Shown: in pieces, positions 10,077-19,422 of the stretch
How positions within the stretch are numbered: the stretch's first letter is position 1
How the letters are laid out: every line of letters starts with the position of its first letter
DNA from: a virus
Taxonomy: Duplodnaviria; Caudoviricetes
Reading direction: 5' to 3' (one strand)
Length of the DNA stretch: 56,641 nt
Virus record (IMG/VR): IMGVR_UViG_3300050143_000044
Span: 1-56,641 of that record
Made by a program: the position numbers and the translations under genes
The notes under the pieces: model-generated
Seen by the model: only the letters and a program-made list of their open reading frames with translations
Told to the model about the DNA's origin: nothing
Database searches by the model: none

Positions 10077-10279
10077 ACCTACTGTTTATTGGAGTAATCA
10101 TCTGTCTCAACCTCAACAGCATGAATTGTACCTTGAAAAGTATCTTGAATCCACCGAAGGCTGTGAACAATTGCAGAAAAGATACAGATCATTAGAATTG
10201 CAGATAGAAAACCCCAGATGAAATACATAATAACCTCCTTAAAGAATTCCCTCTTTGCTTCGCAATAGGTTATTTTGTT

Positions 10280-10702
10280 TCACAAAACACCTTCCAACTG
10301 TTCCCTAATAATCCGAATCAAGACAGGGTCCATGTGTTCGTATTGATCAGGAATATTCAAGGTAACAATTTCCTTGTGCTTCCCAAGATCATCAAGATCG
10401 AACTTTTGACTAACTCGGTTTGTGTTTTCTTGGTTAACAAACACAACAGTTTCAGCCCAAGCAAGAAGGTCAGTAGTAACAGGAATCAAAGCATAATGCT
10501 CAGAACCTGCACAACGAGTATTGTACTCAGCAGCATAGATTCTAGCACAGGTTGCACTCCGAAGAATGCCTGCACTACAAACAAATAGAACCTTGCGATC
10601 TTTACCTTGATAAGGGTTATCTCAAGGACTTGATGCCGAAAAGATAATGTCACTCATTGTTTGAATAGGTGAATTAGTTTCACCGATTTGTTTAGTTTTC
10701 AT
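10280..10702 (-). pseudogene. LMW protein-tyrosine-phosphatase-like protein with in-frame TGA at 10622-10624
   Basis: NPYQG..RKVLFVCSAGILRS (CX5R) upstream of the ORF-track fragment; single in-frame stop before the catalytic loop. Confidence 0.8.
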
Positions 10703-11070
10703 TGATAGATTCCATCCTCAATAGCTCGTTGTTTAAAGATTTCGATTGCTTTGTATTCTAATGCACTACACAACTCTGGTAGACGCAAATCTTCTGCACC
10801 CCACCAGTAACTTTCTGATTTACCAAAGATTTCTTGCATCAAAGCAAAAGTACCTTGATTATTGCACCAATCTTCAATAAATAGAATCTTAGCCACTGGT
10901 TTGTTATCTGTAAACCTAGAAGCTTTTTCGAAGTAACCTATGACGTAATCAAAGTTGGTACCAAAAGAATCCATGTCTGAATAACCAGTATTAGCAATAT
11001 AGAAACCAGAGATTACTTTTGAATTTTCATCAATACCGAAAGGTACAAGTTGGATTAAGGATTTAAGCAT
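10699..11070 (-). CDS. hypothetical protein
   Basis: 123-aa ORF. Confidence 0.7.
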   Translation of the reverse strand: MLKSLIQLVPFGIDENSKVISGFYIANTGYSDMDSFGTNFDYVIGYFEKASRFTDNKPVAKILFIEDWCNNQGTFALMQEIFGKSESYWWGAEDLRLPELCSALEYKAIEIFKQRAIEDGIYQ

Positions 11071-11378
11071 TAGAAAACTCCACCGTATTCTTCTGAACGA
11101 CCGTCATGATAACCTTCTCGGTAAGAGTCTCGGCAAGCTTGATCAATCTCCACCTGCATATCTTGTTGACCTTTGCGGTAACCATTGTCGAATTCATCAT
11201 TGGCACCAAGTAGATACCCATGATCTGCACCTGCATTCCAAGCGGCGGCGTAAGCAACCTTAAAGATTTCCCAATAAGTTGCAAAGCGTTCAAACTGAGT
11301 AAGATTACCTTGTGATTTACCGAAGTTAGTATCGCAGTATTCAATGAAGATCTGCTCTGGGGTAGTTTGATTATTCAT
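11070..11378 (-). CDS. hypothetical protein
   Basis: ORF with GY..G repeats. Confidence 0.65.
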   Translation of the reverse strand: MNNQTTPEQIFIEYCDTNFGKSQGNLTQFERFATYWEIFKVAYAAAWNAGADHGYLLGANDEFDNGYRKGQQDMQVEIDQACRDSYREGYHDGRSEEYGGVF

Positions 11379-11758
11379 TTGAAATACACCGATTCCATTG
11401 CGTTTTCAAAACTAGTAAAGATTTCAAAACCTGTTGCGTGATGCCAGATTACAATCTCATTACCGTACTGGTGCTCTTTGTCAGAGATATAAAACTCTGA
11501 CTTCTTAAATCGTTCTACCTTCTGTTCGAAGGTTTCTTCTGAGATGTTTTGGAGGTCCAAGTAAAATTCTTCATCGTCACCAGAGTAATACTTACCGTCA
11601 ATATCGTATGACTGATAACCACGAGTTTCTACTTCTGCGGTAATTGAATAATTACTATCTAATTGTTCAAACGCAAATGCAGTACTAAGAATCCGAACCT
11701 TCAAACCAGAACGAGTCTGCAAAGGTTTTGTGAAATCAATCTTGTTTGTGTTAGTCAT
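11375..11758 (-). CDS. hypothetical protein (IDFTKPLQTRSG N-terminus)
   Basis: AGGAGA RBS before ATG 11758. Confidence 0.7.
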   Translation of the reverse strand: MTNTNKIDFTKPLQTRSGLKVRILSTAFAFEQLDSNYSITAEVETRGYQSYDIDGKYYSGDDEEFYLDLQNISEETFEQKVERFKKSEFYISDKEHQYGNEIVIWHHATGFEIFTSFENAMESVYFK

Positions 11759-11955
11759 GGTTTGTTTCTCCTGTGTAGAGTTCAATAGTATTATCTGGAT
11801 TATGCACAAAGCAAGTTACTTCTGACCAGTACCAACCTTCGTTGTATTGATAGAGTTCAGGAATAAGAATTGTAGCATCATCTGGTAGCGATCAAGTCTG
11901 CTTGTGAGCGTCTTGGGATGTCCTTGAGCATTTCAAATAGTTCTTCCTTTTGCAT
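11751..11955 (-). pseudogene. small phage protein MQKEELFEMLKDIP|DDATILIPEL... interrupted by a 28-31-nt insertion
   Basis: Deleting 11886-11916 restores a 57-aa ORF with GGAG RBS. Confidence 0.75.
11882..11910 (+). repeat. dispersed 29-nt element, copy 1
   Basis: CTGGTAGCGATCAAGTCTGCTTGTGAGCG; 25/29 identical to 22449-22477. Confidence 0.85.
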
Positions 11956-12174
11956 TCAGACTCCAAAAAGTTCGGTAACAAGGTTTCGGCAAATTTCAAA
12001 ATCCAAGTCTGTCAAAACATGAAACAGTTCATTACGTTTATTCACCCATGCATCAAACCAGGGTTCATCAGGAGCACGACCGAAGTTCCATTCTACTGCA
12101 TCTTCAATAAGATCCTGAAGTCTTTTGATTTCTGTAATGATAATATCTAAATGATCAGGGTGAATGTCTTTCAT
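11956..12174 (-). CDS. hypothetical protein
   Basis: ORF with RBS. Confidence 0.65.
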   Translation of the reverse strand: MKDIHPDHLDIIITEIKRLQDLIEDAVEWNFGRAPDEPWFDAWVNKRNELFHVLTDLDFEICRNLVTELFGV

Positions 12175-12559
12175 TGTACATCCTTCACTTTGTTTAGTTC
12201 AGCAAGTGCCAATACCAATGACCTGATCAATTCTGACTGATTATACCAGTCACTCTTGCGTGAATTCATTGGGTTGATCTTACTAAGTCTCTGTGTCTCT
12301 TTCTGGATACACGAGTTTAGATAAGCTTGCACCTGAGATAGTTGATACTTATCCATCAAGAAATATCCTTTGATGTTTTACCTGTATCTTCGCCTGTATA
12401 ACTATCATAAATCCTGTCATACCAAAGGAACATGGGATAACCTGCATTAATCGCAGCTTGTTGGCAGTTATCAATCCAACCGTACCCTACAGGAGGGAAG
12501 AAGATGTATTGGTATATTAGCATAGTTTCTTTGAGTAAGAGTTCATTTGTTTGTTTCCT

Positions 12560-12910
12560 TTAAATCAAACCGGCATCTTGTAACTCATTCAGATGCCACC
12601 AAGTTCCGGTATTTGAACAAATAACAATCAACTTATCATTCGGATCGCATCTTAGCACAAGACCATAAGAAGATTTCATCCGTTGTAGAAAATTGACAAT
12701 CATTTGTACAGAACCATCTTGGTGTTCTTCTTGAGTCACTACCCTTGTCTCATCTGGTTCTACAATAAACTTCTTGTAGCATTCCCAAGCACCTTTGGTA
12801 TAAGGGTGAGTGTATTCACCAGCAGAACCTGGGTCGTTATCTTTGTTAAGCATGAACGGATTAGCAATCCATTCTTCAAATTCTTTGTTAGGTGTAAATT
12901 TACGTTTCAT
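12560..12910 (-). CDS. hypothetical protein
   Basis: first gene after the leftward promoter. Confidence 0.7.
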   Translation of the reverse strand: MKRKFTPNKEFEEWIANPFMLNKDNDPGSAGEYTHPYTKGAWECYKKFIVEPDETRVVTQEEHQDGSVQMIVNFLQRMKSSYGLVLRCDPNDKLIVICSNTGTWWHLNELQDAGLI

Positions 12911-12940
12911 ATAAAGAACCTTTGTTTAACGGAAGACTCA

Positions 12941-12994
12941 ACTCTAACATAAGAAGTCGCCCTTAGAAAATAACCTTACAACTTAGTAGGAATT
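12941..12994 (-). promoter_or_regulatory. leftward promoter with upstream conserved box
   Basis: TG-n-TAGAGT extended -10 (12941-12946) with the 26-bp box about 22 nt upstream. Confidence 0.55.
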
Positions 12995-13009
12995 AGACGG
13001 AGCATCCTC

Positions 13010-13192
13010 TTAACCTTTTGTAAATCTAAGTTACTCGGATAAGCTAAGCTATACCTAAAGAATACAACCTTAGTTATTTCTTAGTTAATTTGTATTTAAC
13101 TAAATAACTTTGTACTTAGTTATTTCTAAGATATTATCTTAATAAGATTATCCAAGATTATCCTGAGTTACCCGTCGCCCGTCAGAACGGAG
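13010..13192. repeat. AT-rich repeat/palindrome tract (candidate origin A)
   Basis: TTAGTTATTTCT x2, AAGATTATCC x2, CCCGTC x2; located at the strand switch. Confidence 0.6.
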
Positions 13193-13218
13193 TGTAACGT
13201 AAGTTGAGACTCTGTCAA
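13191..13218 (-). promoter_or_regulatory. sigma70 promoter firing into the AT-rich tract
   Basis: TTGACA-16 nt-TACACT. Confidence 0.6.
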
Positions 13219-13308
13219 GTGTCTTTACAAAGCAACAAGTTGTAACAACACAGGAAACCAAAGAAGTTATGCTACAGTTCTACATCTTATCAACTTCAAG
13301 GAACTTAC

Positions 13309-13599
13309 ATGAATGACAACCAACAAGACTTCGTTGTTTCACTAGCTAAGATTGTAGGTGCAGATCTTTACAGCCACATGGAAGATTATCCAAAGCCAAC
13401 TGCATTTTACTTCACAATCGAGCAGCTTCAGGATTTTGCAGAACATATCAAGAACCAACCAGAGATCAACCTACCTTACTCCTTGGTTGTTCGTTATGTA
13501 GGAAATTCATACGACCGTCACCACTACAGTTGGTGCGAAGGTTACGATGAAGGTTACAACGAATGCATCCGTGAAGTTAAACGACTCAACAACCTCTGA
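13309..13599 (+). CDS. hypothetical protein
   Basis: AAGGAA RBS; TGcTACAGT -10 upstream. Confidence 0.7.
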   Translation: MNDNQQDFVVSLAKIVGADLYSHMEDYPKPTAFYFTIEQLQDFAEHIKNQPEINLPYSLVVRYVGNSYDRHHYSWCEGYDEGYNECIREVKRLNNL

Positions 13600-13712
13600 C
13601 CCTTCACCAAGCCACTTAAAACCTCCTTGGTTGAATCTAAAGAGCAGGTTAGTACCCAAGGTACTACAAGGGCTTTCTTTGCTTCCTAGAGCCTTCTAGG
13701 GATTCCAAACTA

Positions 13713-13766
13713 AAGACCACAAGGTTTACTCAGGATTACACCAAAGCTTAGAACCTGTGCTAAAGT
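13713..13766 (+). promoter_or_regulatory. promoter with conserved upstream box
   Basis: AAGACCACAAGGTTTACTCAGGATTA, 22 nt, then TAAAGT preceded by TGc. Confidence 0.55.
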
Positions 13767-14154
13767 TCTTCTTGTCGGGTCTACAACACAGTTGAAAGGA
13801 CATTAATGAATTTCATAGATTTGACCCTTGACTTGCAAATGGCACTGAGTCTGATAACAATTATAACAGTTACCTATTTTTATCTTGTTGGTTAAGGTTA
13901 TTTATTACTACTTTACTGACTGAATTTAAGGAAACAAAATGAAAATCTACCAGATTGAACAGCATCTTGTCGGAAACTTTGATGTTCTTGTAGACGGACC
14001 ATCAGCTTTAATCTTTACAAATTCTTTTGAAGCAATCGAACCTTTAATTCAGGCTTTGTGCTACATTACTGGTGATGATGCTGAAGACTACACTGCAACT
14101 AAATTGCAAAATAATTAAGTTCAAGCAACTAAACTAACCGAAAAAGGAATAACT

Positions 14155-14475
14155 GTGGAAATCCTGAAAGATCCGGAAACAAATACACCTGTCGTGCATT
14201 TCTTGTGCGAAGCCATTGGTCAAACTTCCAATTTTGACTACAAAAGATTTGGTCAAAATATCCAAGTTGAATTCAAAGTAAATGGTCAAGAAGTTCCTGT
14301 AAGCTCTACTCTAGATGTTGTTTACAATTTAATGGAGAAAACAATTCGAAAAGACCTGCAAGAAGAGTACAAAAGTAAATTAGACTCCTCTCGTTTTCAC
14401 AAGTTGCAGCAATTGTTCGATGACTTCGAATGGCAACTTGAAGCTGAACTTTCTAACCTATTTGCAAAGGAATAA
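14155..14475 (+). CDS. hypothetical protein
   Basis: GTG start with AAGGAA RBS. Confidence 0.7.
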   Translation: MEILKDPETNTPVVHFLCEAIGQTSNFDYKRFGQNIQVEFKVNGQEVPVSSTLDVVYNLMEKTIRKDLQEEYKSKLDSSRFHKLQQLFDDFEWQLEAELSNLFAKE

Positions 14476-14477
14476 AC

Positions 14478-14848
14478 ATGGAACTCTTTCTACTCTACAT
14501 CTGGATGAAGCTTGGTGCTTTGTTTGTCGTACTACTTGTTGTAGCGGCAGTACTTCTGTTTTTGCTATTATTTGCCTTTCTCATCATTGTGATCATCCAG
14601 AAGAAGGTTGGTTAGCTTTGTGTAAAAAGTGGTTCGTAGCAAGCGCAACCCTTGTTGTTATCGCTGCTGCTATCCCAACTCAAAACCAAGTAGCTGTCCT
14701 TGTTGGGACTCACTACGCTCTAGAGCTAGGGAAGTCACCCGAAGGTCAAAAGATTGTTTCTTTGGTTCGTGCAAAGGCCAATAATTACCTTGATGAGCAA
14801 CTGAAGGAACTTGTTGAAGAAAATAAACCTGAGAAGGAAAAGAAGTAA
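14478..14848 (+). pseudogene. membrane protein split by an apparent single-base indel
   Basis: RBS-led MELFLLYIWMKL frame stops early; the C-terminus (IPTQNQ...SPEGQK...KANNYLD) is in another frame. Confidence 0.6.
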
Positions 14849-14935
14849 TGGAAATGGAAACCCCTGCTGTACATTCTTTTCTGGTTTGCTGTAGGTTTAT
14901 TCATTGGTATTATTATTAACAAGTAAGGAAATCAA

Positions 14936-15177
14936 ATGAAGATCCAAATCAAAAAGCAAGAAGATGAATCAACAGAAGGTTTCAAGCGAGGTGATCTACT
15001 TGAAGGATTCAAAGGGGTGTTTACCTTTGCACAGATAATCAGTTGTACAATTGCGTTGATGTAGTTGTAATCAACCCTGAAAATGAGTTTGAGCATTCTG
15101 GAAAACCACTAGAGGCTATCCATATTGGGACCATTAAGGGTTACTTCACAGGTGAAATTACTCTTTCAAACGACTAA
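14936..15177 (+). pseudogene. hypothetical protein with apparent frameshift at G-run 15014-15017
   Basis: adding one G gives a continuous MKIQIKK...GEITLSND ORF. Confidence 0.6.
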
Positions 15178-15185
15178 GGAAATCC

Positions 15186-15452
15186 ATGAAATACGGACTA
15201 GCTTGCCCAGAACAAATTCACCACTTTAACCAATTTGAGAAAGATATCAAAGTAATCCTCTCTGAGGAACCACCTGGGTCTTTTTCCTTGACTCGAAAAG
15301 AACATACCTACGATGATCCTTTCATTCAATCCTTGTGGGTTGGATATCAGCTTGGCATGGTTCGTGCTAAGTTGCAAGCCAGCAACAAAGATGAAAAGAA
15401 GGTTCCTGCTTTGTGCAAAGCTCAGGAATTCGTGTATAGTCCAGATCACTGA
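15186..15452 (+). CDS. hypothetical protein
   Basis: ORF with RBS. Confidence 0.65.
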   Translation: MKYGLACPEQIHHFNQFEKDIKVILSEEPPGSFSLTRKEHTYDDPFIQSLWVGYQLGMVRAKLQASNKDEKKVPALCKAQEFVYSPDH

Positions 15453-15476
15453 ATTACCAACAAAGGAAACCAACAA

Positions 15477-15866
15477 ATGACAACCAAACAAAACAAACTC
15501 AAGCCCATTCCAGAAACAACTTCTGCTAAGTTCATGCTCTTGCGGAATATTGCGCAGCAAATTACGGATCTTGAAGAAGAAAAATCCAAGGTTAAGAGTT
15601 TTGTAGCAACTACCTGGAATGCTTGCGATACAGAAGATCCAGACACTCTTGGTGTATTCCAATCACTTAACTACTTTAAAGATATTCAACGAGGTATCCA
15701 GAAGCAACTTCGCAGTCTTCGGTACATCCAGAAGGTAATCAAGCTATTCCCTGATAATGACCTAACATTGAAGTATGCTAAGGGTTATAAGGATGATATT
15801 GACCTCTGGGAAATCATTGCTCAGAAACGGAAGCCAAAGAAGCCTGATTCTCGTAAGGTTAACTAA
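15477..15866 (+). CDS. hypothetical coiled-coil protein
   Basis: ORF with RBS. Confidence 0.7.
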   Translation: MTTKQNKLKPIPETTSAKFMLLRNIAQQITDLEEEKSKVKSFVATTWNACDTEDPDTLGVFQSLNYFKDIQRGIQKQLRSLRYIQKVIKLFPDNDLTLKYAKGYKDDIDLWEIIAQKRKPKKPDSRKVN

Positions 15867-15875
15867 GGAAATATC

Positions 15876-16323
15876 ATGAACTTCGAAGATATTAAAGTTG
15901 GAATGAAAGTTAAGATTGTAGCTCCAAGAGGGTTTAACCTTGATGAGTATTTTTACGAAGGTGAGTGGAATGATGTGAGTTATATTCCTGAACACATGAA
16001 GCAATACATTGGCATCGAATCTAACGTGAAAGCACTGTGTTTCGTATAATTCTGCTAATATTTGTGGTTGGAATTGGCCTGCTAGTTGGTTGGTTCCTAT
16101 TGGTAAATTTAAACCAGAGCCCACAGCCAAGGATTTCCTAGGCCAAGTAATCAAAGCTGGCGATGAAGTTGTTTATGCTCGTCCTGGTTATCGAGAATTC
16201 GAGGTAGGTAAGATCCTGAAGTTGACACCAACAGGTGCAAGGATTAAAACAGGTAAGAATCCTTATAGTGGTGAACCTTTGACATTCTTCCAAACCTTTA
16301 ACCAGATCGTCAAGAAACCCTAA
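15876..16323 (+). pseudogene. KOW/SH3-like hypothetical protein with apparent frameshift near 16040
   Basis: MNFEDIKVGMKVK frame joins 16090..16323 if one T is removed. Confidence 0.6.
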
Positions 16324-16417
16324 TACCCTGATACCTCTAGAAAGCTCCATAAATGCCTAACTGCACCAATATTCGGAAAGTAATCCTTCAACATTCAATC
16401 TTCAGGTGCAGTTAATC

Positions 16418-16840
16418 ATGCCTACAACCAACGATCTCTACAGCACCTACATCGAGGTAGCTTACCTGCATTCAAAGCTCTCCAAGGCCCTTAGATTGAA
16501 GGTTGGAGCATGTTTAGTTACTTCTTCAGGTATCTGCATTCCGGGTTATAATGGGACTCCTTCGGGAAGTGACAATGCTTGCGAAACATCTGATTTCTTC
16601 GGTAAGCTTTCAACCAAGCCTGAAGTCATTCATGCTGAACTCAACTGCATCTTGAAGTGCGCCGAAGAAGGTACAAGCTGTAAAGATGCAGTAATGTTTA
16701 TCACTCATGCACCATGCATGTCTTGCAGCGCAATGATCAAGCAAGTAAAGATCAAAAAAGTTGTCTACCGAGAAGCTTACAGGGACAAGTCTGGTGTAGA
16801 ATACCTTCGTGACAACAAAGTAGAAGTGATTCAATTCTAA
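16418..16840 (+). CDS. dCMP deaminase
   Basis: KVGA, GYNGTPSG, HAELN, PCxxC. Confidence 0.92.
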   Translation: MPTTNDLYSTYIEVAYLHSKLSKALRLKVGACLVTSSGICIPGYNGTPSGSDNACETSDFFGKLSTKPEVIHAELNCILKCAEEGTSCKDAVMFITHAPCMSCSAMIKQVKIKKVVYREAYRDKSGVEYLRDNKVEVIQF

Positions 16841-16861
16841 CCTAACCTAAAGGAAATCAAA

Positions 16862-17245
16862 ATGGTAGCTAATATCAAACCAAAGAGTAATCAAGATGTT
16901 TTCGATAAGGTTCTGAAGGCTATTCGTAAGCAGAAGTACACTCAAAGTATCGTAGGTTATTCCTGCAAGTACCGTGGTCCAAATGGATTGCGTTGTGCAG
17001 CAGGTCATCTGATCCCTAATTCTCTATATAAAGTACGAATAGAAGGTACTAGTATTTCAGGTACAATGATGCTTGACGAAGTAAAGAATTACTTGGATGA
17101 TGTTTCAATGGACCTAATTCAATTTATGCAGTTTGCTCATGATAACCGCCTTAAAGAAGGTTCTGCTGAATGGGAACTTGGTATGAAAGAAATTGCTTCA
17201 GATTATAACTTGATTTACACCGAACCTTCCAAGGAAATTTCATGA
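16862..17245 (+). CDS. conserved phage hypothetical protein
   Basis: CKYR...CAAGHLIP...QFAHD pattern. Confidence 0.7.
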   Translation: MVANIKPKSNQDVFDKVLKAIRKQKYTQSIVGYSCKYRGPNGLRCAAGHLIPNSLYKVRIEGTSISGTMMLDEVKNYLDDVSMDLIQFMQFAHDNRLKEGSAEWELGMKEIASDYNLIYTEPSKEIS

Positions 17246-17496
17246 ACCGCAAAGTCCTAATCTGGAAATCCTGGGGTCATGTTTCAGTGTATGCTCTGGG
17301 TATTGAATCCCAATATCTCAAAGCCATTGATGAACTGCTAGACTGCTGCAAAGTTGAAGGGTTTGAATACGAAAGTACAAATCATATGAACTTGCAAGAA
17401 GTCATTCGTTGGATTAATTCTGAAGTAGCTGACGATTGGGATCTGTTTGAGTACTTGGCTATTGAGGAAGTACAGGAGATTTGCGATGGACATTAA
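17242..17496 (+). CDS. hypothetical protein
   Basis: ORF with RBS. Confidence 0.65.
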   Translation: MNRKVLIWKSWGHVSVYALGIESQYLKAIDELLDCCKVEGFEYESTNHMNLQEVIRWINSEVADDWDLFEYLAIEEVQEICDGH

Positions 17497-17695
17497 AGAA
17501 ATCAAGAAAGCTATTGCTGACGCTGAACGCAATATTCTTGAATGTGCTGTTAAAGAATTGTCGCATCTTCAAAATCTACTAAAAGATGAAAGTATTTCTT
17601 TTACCGACCTGCGACTTGAAACAGTAGTTGAACATCGTTGTCTTGGCGGTGATTACCTACTAGTGTATGGTGTAAAGATTGAAAAGGAATTTTAA
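17486..17695 (+). CDS. hypothetical protein
   Basis: AGGAG RBS before ATG 17486. Confidence 0.65.
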   Translation: MDIKEIKKAIADAERNILECAVKELSHLQNLLKDESISFTDLRLETVVEHRCLGGDYLLVYGVKIEKEF

Positions 17696-18267
17696 TGAAA
17701 CTTGACCTACTATATGCTCTTGAGATTCTTTCTCAAGTTCAAAAGAAGCATCCTGAAGCTATTATCGCTGGTGGGTTCCTGCGTGACCTCTACTTTGGCA
17801 AAGAATTCAAGGATATTGATATCTTTGTAAATAAACTACCTGCTGGTGAACATGATTACCCTGTCAGTGAAATTAGCGCAAGCTTCTTTCCCAAGACCTC
17901 CTGTAATATGCAGTACAGCACAGATGATCAGATTCGTGAAGTTCATTACTTTAATTGGTTCCCCATTGAACCAAATGGGCTGTGGCAATTTGAATCAAGA
18001 TTTGAGATTAATATTATTGAAGTAGTAAACCCTGATTTAGTAGCACGAGTCCAAGAACATGACTTTGATTTCTGTCAGGTTTGGACAGATGGTAAAGAGA
18101 TTCATGGTGTAGAAATTCTGCAACAAGTTCAACAAACCAAGGAAGTAACTCTGGTACAATGCGAGAATAGTAAGCAACTTGAACGAAGTTTGCGCCGGTG
18201 GGATAGGTTCCAAGAGAAGTATCCCGGGTTTAGTCTAAAGTACAAAGAAGTAATTTATCTAGAATGA
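17695..18267 (+). CDS. nucleotidyltransferase (CCA-adding/poly(A) polymerase head-domain-like)
   Basis: IIAGGFLRD...KDIDIF motif A; HDFDFCQ. Confidence 0.8.
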   Translation: MKLDLLYALEILSQVQKKHPEAIIAGGFLRDLYFGKEFKDIDIFVNKLPAGEHDYPVSEISASFFPKTSCNMQYSTDDQIREVHYFNWFPIEPNGLWQFESRFEINIIEVVNPDLVARVQEHDFDFCQVWTDGKEIHGVEILQQVQQTKEVTLVQCENSKQLERSLRRWDRFQEKYPGFSLKYKEVIYLE

Positions 18268-18427
18268 TCCTAATTTCAATCCTATTTCTAGTAGGTCTAA
18301 CCCTATCCCTTCGATGCTGGTATAATCAAGACATGCAAGGATTTACCTTCGCTGCTATTGACGCATCTTTCACAGGAAGTATTCTTTTGCTTTATATCTT
18401 GAATCGTTATTTTAGTTAAGGAACTTT

Positions 18428-18790
18428 ATGCAAAAATATTACACATACTCAGATATTCAGGGTAAAACATTTACTTCTGCAATTGCTACAGAAGATACTC
18501 TTACTTTTGAAAACGAAGAAGAACGATTCACCTTCCTGCACCATCGAGACTGTTGTGAATCCGTATGGATCGAAGATATCTCTGGTGATCTTCAGGATCT
18601 GATTGGTAATCCGATTCTTCTTGCTGAAGAAGTTATTCAAGATGGTGAAAACCTAGGTAAGTACGAAAGTCAAACTTGGACTTTCTATAAGTTTGCTACC
18701 ATCAAGGGCTACGTTGATGTTCGTTGGATTGGCTCATCAAATGGTTATTACTCCGAATCTGTAGACTTGGATCATATTCAGAAACGATAA
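18428..18790 (+). CDS. conserved phage hypothetical protein
   Basis: HHRDCCESV...TWTFYK...SNGYYSE pattern. Confidence 0.75.
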   Translation: MQKYYTYSDIQGKTFTSAIATEDTLTFENEEERFTFLHHRDCCESVWIEDISGDLQDLIGNPILLAEEVIQDGENLGKYESQTWTFYKFATIKGYVDVRWIGSSNGYYSESVDLDHIQKR

Positions 18791-18791
18791 C

Positions 18792-19193
18792 ATGACTCAA
18801 ATCCTTCCACAGCACCCTAAGAACCGCCCTCGAAAGAAACCTTCAGGTCATGTCACAGGTCGTGGTATGATTGAACTTCTTGCTAAGAGCACAGGGCAAT
18901 CCAAGCATCAAACTGAGTTGTTCCTTCGCAATCTTGGCTGTCTGATTGCTGAAGAAATTATCAAAGGTAAAGCTGTGCATCTTTTAAACATCGGTGCATT
19001 TCGTGCTAAGATGCCTCATAAGAACAATAAAGAACCTACTTGGTCTTGTTCTTTCAAAGCTAGTTCAGTTCTAAGGAATTATATTACTGAACTTGCAGAA
19101 GAAGATCCTGATGTAGCTAAAGACCTTCTCAAGAGTGCTTCCCGGCATTACCGAGATTTAGAAGCTAAACAAATTAAGCCAAGTAAGGAATAA
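18792..19193 (+). CDS. HU/IHF-like DNA-binding protein
   Basis: helical N-terminus, GKAVHLLNIGAF, FKAS. Confidence 0.65.
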   Translation: MTQILPQHPKNRPRKKPSGHVTGRGMIELLAKSTGQSKHQTELFLRNLGCLIAEEIIKGKAVHLLNIGAFRAKMPHKNNKEPTWSCSFKASSVLRNYITELAEEDPDVAKDLLKSASRHYRDLEAKQIKPSKE

Positions 19194-19195
19194 AC

Positions 19196-19414
19196 ATGCC
19201 AGAAACTAACTACGAAATCATCACCAAGAACATCTACGTCTACAAGGGTATTGAATTCAACTCTCCTGAAGAAATTGATCTCTACATTACTCAGCAAAAG
19301 CTGATTGAATTCCTGAAGACCTTCCCTGACTTCAACAACACAGATGACTTTATCCAACAAGCTAAGAAGCTGCAACCTGCTGCCCTGAAAGCTTTTGTTG
19401 AAGCTTTGGTTTAA
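19196..19414 (+). CDS. hypothetical protein
   Basis: ORF with RBS. Confidence 0.65.
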   Translation: MPETNYEIITKNIYVYKGIEFNSPEEIDLYITQQKLIEFLKTFPDFNNTDDFIQQAKKLQPAALKAFVEALV

Positions 19415-19422
19415 AGGATATT

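Noticed and set aside
10622-10624. Genome-wide TGA recoding
   Set aside because: Many genes end at TGA with tight coupling to the next start; only one in-frame case seen
11902-11910. lac operator half-site TTGTGAGCG in both twin elements
   Set aside because: Only 9 bp match and the other half of lacO is absent; not evidence of vector sequence
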